IMG/VR virus record: IMGVR_UViG_3300027153_000004
DNA from: an uncultured virus (IMG/VR IMGVR_UViG_3300027153_000004)
Lineage: Duplodnaviria > Heunggongvirae > Uroviricota > Caudoviricetes
DNA: 20,000 nt
Direction: 5' to 3' (one strand)
In this document: positions 15,463 through 20,000 of the stretch, one piece after another
Layout: each line of letters starts with the position of its first letter
How positions within the stretch are numbered: the stretch's first letter is position 1
Made by a program: the position numbers and the translations under genes
The notes under the pieces: generated by a model
What the model saw: the letters and a program-made list of their open reading frames with translations, nothing else
The model's database searches: none
Told to the model about the DNA's origin: nothing

Positions 15463-15741
15463 ATGGACAAAACCAACAAGATCAAACAATTCATTTTCAA
15501 TGCTGGTCACAGCATTGTTTCAGTGGAATTCATCAAGGCTGATGGCTCCATTCGCAAGCTTTGCTTTAATCCTTGGGACACCAAGGAAATCAAGGGCACT
15601 GGCACGGCAGTAAAGAAGCCCAACATTGTCCGCTGTCGTGATTTCTCCATTGCTCGTAAAGAAGGAGAAGGTGCTTGGCGTTCGTTTGATTGCGAGCGCG
15701 TGGTCAGCATCAAAGCCAACGGTCAAACCCTCGTCTTCTGA
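15463..15741 (+). CDS. WYL_2-like SH3 beta-barrel protein
   Basis: VSVEFIKADGSIRKL...GAWRSFDCERV (F-x-K-x-D-G-x-x-R ... W-R-S-F signature). Confidence 0.75.
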   Translation: MDKTNKIKQFIFNAGHSIVSVEFIKADGSIRKLCFNPWDTKEIKGTGTAVKKPNIVRCRDFSIARKEGEGAWRSFDCERVVSIKANGQTLVF

Positions 15742-15744
15742 ACC

Positions 15745-15951
15745 ATGCCTCTCACAAAAACGCAACAGGCTATTGCCAGAATGGTTTCTGACAATGCAAA
15801 ACATAAGTGGAAAGATTACAGCGCAAATGATCGTTCTTCTGCTCGCAGTTTTATTCTTTCCCGCATTAATAAGCCCGCTTATAAAAAGAAACGCGATTTG
15901 CTAATTACGCTTGCAGATGCTCTGCAAGATGACATTTGGAAAGTGCTTTAA
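15745..15951 (+). CDS. Basic hypothetical protein
   Basis: 68-aa ORF, AACC-ATG start. Confidence 0.7.
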   Translation: MPLTKTQQAIARMVSDNAKHKWKDYSANDRSSARSFILSRINKPAYKKKRDLLITLADALQDDIWKVL

Positions 15952-16142
15952 TGGGGACGCAAGACAATAGGCGAGCAGTATTTGCTTTGGCCGCAAAATA
16001 TGACTTTGTCCTTCATCGCGAAAAAAGACATTATGTTTTCAAACATCCTTCCGGTAAAATATTTTGCACAAGTAAAAGTACTTTAGACAAGCGTTTTCTA
16101 AGAAACGTTGAAAGCTTTATTAAGCGAGTCTTGTCTTCGTAA
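15951..16142 (+). CDS. HicA-like (dsRBD-fold) small protein
   Basis: helix-FVLHREKRHYVFKHPSGKIFCTSKS-helix; TAATG coupling. Confidence 0.55.
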   Translation: MGTQDNRRAVFALAAKYDFVLHREKRHYVFKHPSGKIFCTSKSTLDKRFLRNVESFIKRVLSS

Positions 16143-16209
16143 CGGTTTGTGACAAAGGGGCCTCGTGGCCCCTTTCTTCTGTATTGTTCCCTTGTTCGCG
16201 CTTCAAACC

Positions 16210-16530
16210 ATGGCAACCATTCCAACTATTCATCTCAACGGCACTGGCGCCACCACACTGCGTGATGAATACGCTGCTGCTTACGATGCCATTGGTAAGG
16301 CAGTAGATGCGCTCGTAGCAGCCACGTGTAACGCTCGCGATTTCTATCCACAAGGCACTGACGCCTACTACAAAGCTCGCGATGAAAGAGCAGAGGCTTT
16401 CGATAAGCTTCGCCAGGCGCAACACTATGTAGGCGAAATGTTAATGGGCATTTGTGATCAATGCCCTGAAGCCAGAGCTGAGCTAGGCTTCACGAGGCCT
16501 AGCTCTCACAGCGTGCTCCGTCGCTCGTAA
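16210..16530 (+). CDS. Phage hypothetical protein (PTIHLNGT...NARDFYPQG)
   Basis: AAACC-ATG at 16210 after a promoter module. Confidence 0.75.
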   Translation: MATIPTIHLNGTGATTLRDEYAAAYDAIGKAVDALVAATCNARDFYPQGTDAYYKARDERAEAFDKLRQAQHYVGEMLMGICDQCPEARAELGFTRPSSHSVLRRS

Positions 16531-16568
16531 CGCCCCACAAAGAAATTGTTGGGAACATTCATCTTATC

Positions 16569-16778
16569 ATGCCTTTTCCCATTGGCACCCTCGTTGATCT
16601 CTACGATTTTGGCTTCAAGCAATGGCGAGGAGAATACACCGTCGTAAAGATCACGGAGACTGGCCTGCATAAAATCAAAAACACAAAAACCAATAGCCAG
16701 CAGTTTGTCAAGGAAAAAGCTCTACGCATGGGCAGGCTCGCCCCGTTTCGCATTGAGAGCCTTTATGACGGTTTGTAA
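16569..16778 (+). CDS. Small SH3/KOW-like hypothetical protein
   Basis: FPIGTLVDL...YTVVKI...KIKN...QFVKEKAL beta pattern. Confidence 0.65.
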   Translation: MPFPIGTLVDLYDFGFKQWRGEYTVVKITETGLHKIKNTKTNSQQFVKEKALRMGRLAPFRIESLYDGL

Positions 16779-16856
16779 CAGGCCTCGATAGAGGCCCTGC
16801 CATGCCGTATAGTTCTTCTCACAGGCGGAGACGCCTCCTCTAACCAACCATCCACC

Positions 16857-17243
16857 ATGACTCTCATCGCTCCTCCTCTCCAAGGCACCCAGCTCCAGCC
16901 AGGTACCATCCTTTCCAGTTCCTGGGGCTATTCCATGACCATCGTGGATTTCTACGTGGTGGTGCGCTGCACAGAGAAGACTGCCTGGGTGCAGCAGATC
17001 GAGAGCCATGAAGTGGACAAAGGCCCTGCTGGTGGCTACGCAGTGCCCGAACTCACTCGCAAGCCAAAGCTGGTCTTCCAGAATCGTGCCGATGGTGAAG
17101 GCGGTGAGCTGGTAGTGGCGCCTGTCAAGAGTTTCCGCATCAAATGCCACAGCGATGGTGAAGAGTGGCTGTGGAACAGCAAGCTCCAACGCACCATGCG
17201 CATCTGGAGCGGTAAGCAGATCTACAGCAACCACTGGGACTGA
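16857..17243 (+). CDS. Phage hypothetical protein (GTILSSSWGYSMTIVDFYVVV)
   Basis: 128-aa ORF with its own promoter module; SWGY..T.VDFY motif recalled from phage early proteins. Confidence 0.8.
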   Translation: MTLIAPPLQGTQLQPGTILSSSWGYSMTIVDFYVVVRCTEKTAWVQQIESHEVDKGPAGGYAVPELTRKPKLVFQNRADGEGGELVVAPVKSFRIKCHSDGEEWLWNSKLQRTMRIWSGKQIYSNHWD

Positions 17244-17350
17244 CCTTTGTAACGAAATATCAACGCCAGCAGCGGGGCCGTAAGGCCCTGCTTTGCCATG
17301 CTGTATAGTTCTCTCATGAGCGGCGACGCTCCTCGTTTAAGGAACCAACC

Positions 17351-17641
17351 ATGACCTCCTATTCCATCCTCTGCACCAACTCCAGCAATGGCGGTCAGTG
17401 CGAGCTTCTCATTGATGCTGCTTCTCCCGAGCAGGCTCAGCAGCACGTTGCAGATTCCCGCCCCTCCTACATCATCAAAACCATTGAGCCTGTAGAGCGT
17501 AAGTTCGTCTGCTATGGCTTCTGCCGTAGAAATCAGCGCAACGACGCTCTTGGCTATATCACTTTTTCTGCTGAGCAAGCACGTTCCATTTGCCAGCAGC
17601 TCCACCCTGACTTCGCCATTGATCGCGTTGAGCTTGCGTGA
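17351..17641 (+). CDS. Hypothetical protein with two tandem copies of a small domain
   Basis: AASPEQAQQHVADSRPSYIIKTIE versus TFSAEQARSICQQLHPDFAIDRVE. Confidence 0.75.
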   Translation: MTSYSILCTNSSNGGQCELLIDAASPEQAQQHVADSRPSYIIKTIEPVERKFVCYGFCRRNQRNDALGYITFSAEQARSICQQLHPDFAIDRVELA

Positions 17642-17727
17642 AGCTTTGTAACGACGGGGCCGATCACGGCCCCTTTCGGACTATTGTTCTCTCATGAAGC
17701 GCGAGCTTCCCTCGATTTTTTAAAACC

Positions 17728-17928
17728 ATGAGCACCCTGCCTCTCGCCACCCACACCTACGCCGTCACCATCGAGCACCGTTACGGCGACATCTATCTGA
17801 ACTGGCAAACCATTAACCTTGATGCCACTAGCGAAGAAGAAGCTAAAACGCTGGCTGAGCATCGTTTTCCTGAATCCTGGAACGTGAAGGCTATTCGTGC
17901 TGTCCGTCATGAATGGGCTGCGCTCTGA
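17728..17928 (+). CDS. Hypothetical protein
   Basis: AAAACC-ATG after a promoter module. Confidence 0.75.
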   Translation: MSTLPLATHTYAVTIEHRYGDIYLNWQTINLDATSEEEAKTLAEHRFPESWNVKAIRAVRHEWAAL

Positions 17929-17951
17929 TTTCTCTTGTTTCTCCTTTGATC

Positions 17952-18176
17952 ATGCCTTTTCCTATTTCTTTCGTTTCTGAAGATGAATATGGAGTGTCTT
18001 ATACAGCACGCACATTCCATTCCGTTGAAGAACTACACGATGAAATCAGAGCTTTAGAAGAACTGCTTGATGAAAGCTCAGTCGGCAGGGGCTATGTCAT
18101 CCAGGTAGCTCTAGACCAGCTCAAACAACTTGCCCACGAAATCGAAGACGAGCCCCTTCCCACTTGCGACCAATGA
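17952..18176 (+). CDS. Acidic hypothetical protein
   Basis: ATG 17952; ATGA-coupled to the next gene. Confidence 0.65.
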   Translation: MPFPISFVSEDEYGVSYTARTFHSVEELHDEIRALEELLDESSVGRGYVIQVALDQLKQLAHEIEDEPLPTCDQ

Positions 18177-18475
18177 TCACTACCATCCGTACCTACCAAG
18201 ACAACGGCCCGTATTTCTCCTGCACAAGAGGCAGCTACCAAGCTGCCTCGCTCCAGCAGCTCATCTTCCACGTGAGACAGGCGATGGAGGACCGTGAGCA
18301 CGTCATTGGCATTTACGGCCCCGATGGGGCCTGCAAGGGCATCTGGCAGCTCGATATTGAAGGGCACGTGGACAGTGCTGGCGATACCATCGTGGATCAC
18401 GAGGCCTATGAACTGCTCAGGCCCAGCACCAAGAGCAAATGGGCCTGGGAGTTCCTGCAGAGGCAATTGGCTTAA
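18173..18475 (+). CDS. Hypothetical protein
   Basis: ATG 18173 within track ORF 18164-18475. Confidence 0.7.
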   Translation: MITTIRTYQDNGPYFSCTRGSYQAASLQQLIFHVRQAMEDREHVIGIYGPDGACKGIWQLDIEGHVDSAGDTIVDHEAYELLRPSTKSKWAWEFLQRQLA

Positions 18476-18499
18476 TTATTTCATTGGAGACGATTAATC

Positions 18500-18658
18500 A
18501 TGATTCTCATTGATTTCTTTGATGAAGCCTCTTGCAAAGGCACTGAACTCATTGAAGGCTGGTATTTCTACGATGATTCTGATGATTCAGTGGTAGGAGG
18601 GCCTTTTTCCAATGAAGAAGCCGCCATAAAGGCGGCGTTTGATGGGCACGGCTGGTGA
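18500..18658 (+). CDS. 52-aa acidic protein (MILIDFFDEASCKGTELIEGWYFYDDSDDSVVGGPFSNEEAAIKAAFDGHGW)
   Basis: Manual translation; upstream GGAG; GWY...GPF..EE.A motif. Confidence 0.7.
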   Translation: MILIDFFDEASCKGTELIEGWYFYDDSDDSVVGGPFSNEEAAIKAAFDGHGW

Positions 18659-18659
18659 T

Positions 18660-18731
18660 GTATCTGGGGTCCGGCTGGAAGCGTATAGGGTCCGGCTAGC
18701 TCCGTATCTAGGGTCCGGCTAGGGGCGTATC
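18660..18731 (+). repeat. Three 21-23 bp direct repeats, GTAT-N(1-3)-GGGTCCGGCT-(A/G)G
   Basis: GGGTCCGGCT exact at 18667, 18688 and 18711; partial fourth GTATC at 18727. Confidence 0.9.
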
Positions 18732-18794
18732 ATGGTTTCTTCACATTGTTTCATAACGCTACCGTTTTATGCTTTTATGCGCATAACCGCATAG

Positions 18795-18826
18795 TAGTGC
18801 GTCTGTACTATAGTACACCTGTATTT
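18795..18826. promoter_or_regulatory. Two abutting cyanobacterial LexA-like boxes
   Basis: AGTGC-GTC-TGTACT (18796-18809) and AGTAC-ACC-TGTATT (18812-18825), each one mismatch from AGTAC-N3-TGTACT. Confidence 0.5.
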
Positions 18827-18855
18827 GTGCCAATCTTCGGATCGTCCCTGATTAT

Positions 18856-19234
18856 GATACGTACCAGTATCGGCAGCCGCCTGCGATCCGCAGCCGTATC
18901 GGCAAGCGGTCCTGATCTGCGTTCGTAGCAGCTCACGCCAGTGATCACGATCGTGATCAGCCAGCCACTGCCGTTCTGCGTTGGTAGCGGCCTGCGCCAG
19001 TGATCAGCATTTTGATCAGCCAGCCCTACCGTTCCGCGTTCGTGCGGCCTGCGCAGCGTGATCAGCAGCGCAGGCCCTGGCCCCAATCGTTCCGCATCCG
19101 CAACGTCAGGCGGGGCCGTTCCGCATCGATGCCAGCCCCTGGCCTTTGTTCCGCATCCGCACGGCCTGCCCCTGCTGATCAGCAGCACGACCCCCAGGCC
19201 GTGCCCTTCCGCATCCGCATCAATGGACGGCGTG
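18856..19234 (+). repeat. Degenerate 29-bp-period tandem array, 12-13 units, GATC-rich
   Basis: G(A/T)TCNGC-type unit starts at 18885, 18914, 18943, 18973, 19002, 19031, 19060, 19089, 19118, 19148, 19177, 19206. Confidence 0.85.
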
Positions 19235-19474
19235 CCGATTGGCCTAGTTGCCAAAGCGGCAGGCGATGCCGTACGTGCGTGCGCGATCATCTCTTTTTTG
19301 CTTTGCACGGCATGGCAGGCGCTGGCCCGTACCATCCCGCAGGGGCCAAAGCCCCTAGCTAGTAGGCCACCTATGGGAGTGGCCTAGTTGCCCCTGGCTT
19401 TACCTTGCCTGCTAGGGGCTGCAGGCCTTTTAATGGGGGCACTGGCGCGAGCCAGCCCCTTTGCACTTGAAACC

Positions 19475-20000
19475 ATGCCCGCCAACACCGCTCCCGCTGG
19501 CCCCGCCGCCTATCTGCAGGCCGTGGCCACCAAAGCCACCAAGGCCCAAGGCCTGAAGCGCCCAACCCTGACAGCCCTGCAGCAGGCCGCCAAAGCCCTG
19601 GCCCTGCCCGTCCACATCAGTTACGCCACGTACGGCTACCACGTGCGCTGCGGCGACTGCTTGAGCCCTGCCAGCAACCTGGCTGAGGTTGCCGCATGCA
19701 TGCTGCGCAGCCTTGAAAAGGCCTGGGCTGTCAAGCCTGTAGCCCGTGGCCCTCTCCTGCCAGGCGAGGCCCCTGCAGCCCCTGCCCACACGCTGCGCAG
19801 CCCTGCCGAGCGTGTGGCCGATGAGATCCTGGAAGCGCTGGCCGAGCTAAGCGCACGGCCTGAGCCCGAACTACCCGAACTGCCCACGCGTTTCACGTGC
19901 CGGCCTGGCCAGGGTCAAACCGAACCCTGGGCCAAGCTGCAGCCAATGGTCACGTACAGCCAGCCCCAGCAGCAGCCTCAGCAGGCCCCTGCCCCTGTAG
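19475..20000 (+). CDS. Ala/Pro-rich hypothetical protein, truncated by the window end (MPANTAPAGPAAYLQAVATKATKAQGLKRP...)
   Basis: AAACC-ATG at 19475, open frame to 20000 with GC3-rich codons; absent from the ORF track because it has no stop. Confidence 0.75.
   Translation, partial: MPANTAPAGPAAYLQAVATKATKAQGLKRPTLTALQQAAKALALPVHISYATYGYHVRCGDCLSPASNLAEVAACMLRSLEKAWAVKPVARGPLLPGEAPAAPAHTLRSPAERVADEILEALAELSARPEPELPELPTRFTCRPGQGQTEPWAKLQPMVTYSQPQQQPQQAPAPV

Noticed and set aside
12487..17660. TGTAAC boxes as NtcA sites
   Set aside because: They do not fit GTA-N8-TAC; the pseudo-palindrome is one base longer and the right half is degenerate.
18856..19234. Canonical CRISPR array
   Set aside because: The conserved part is only ~7-14 nt and degenerate, the whole unit is 29 bp, variable parts resemble one another, and there are no cas genes.
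18840..19290. HIP1 (GCGATCGC) cluster
   Set aside because: No complete HIP1 octamer was seen; the sites are mostly TGATCA.
18746..19387. Track ORFs over the repeat region (18746-18928, 18808-19335, 19000-19362, 19058-19387)
   Set aside because: Arg/Pro/Ala-rich shadow frames of GC-rich repeats; the 29-bp period is incompatible with a coding repeat.
1..20000. tRNA, rRNA, integrase or transposase genes
   Set aside because: No cloverleaf with T-loop consensus and no recombinase or transposase motifs were recognised by eye; tRNAscan-SE would be needed to exclude tRNAs formally.

Overview
This is a 20-kb piece of a tailed dsDNA phage genome, most likely a cyanophage of picocyanobacteria (Synechococcus/Cyanobium type). 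The host assignment is inferred from a cyanobacterial-type dCTP deaminase, ThyX, RlpA, small cyanophage-like ORFs, SD-less (A)CC-ATG starts and LexA-like boxes. From left to right it holds: (1) the start of a probable lysis cassette (1-421, minus); (2) an HNH nuclease; (3) a minus-strand nucleotide-metabolism and recombination operon (DUF3310, thyX, endonuclease, dcd, SSB-like, PD-(D/E)XK exonuclease, Sak, RHH regulator) with an inverted NblA-like ORF inside it; (4) a divergent primase-helicase followed by a repeat-bearing gap; (5) a TerS-like HTH gene; and (6) a long plus-strand run of small early-type genes with a repeated promoter/hairpin module. The most unusual unexplained elements are a 12-13 unit, 29-bp-period, GATC-rich non-coding array (18856-19234) preceded by three iteron-like repeats and tandem LexA-like boxes, and a ~210-nt highly structured minus-strand RNA candidate (14520-14728) with its own -10 element and terminator. 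All family assignments come from motif recognition by eye; no database search was run.
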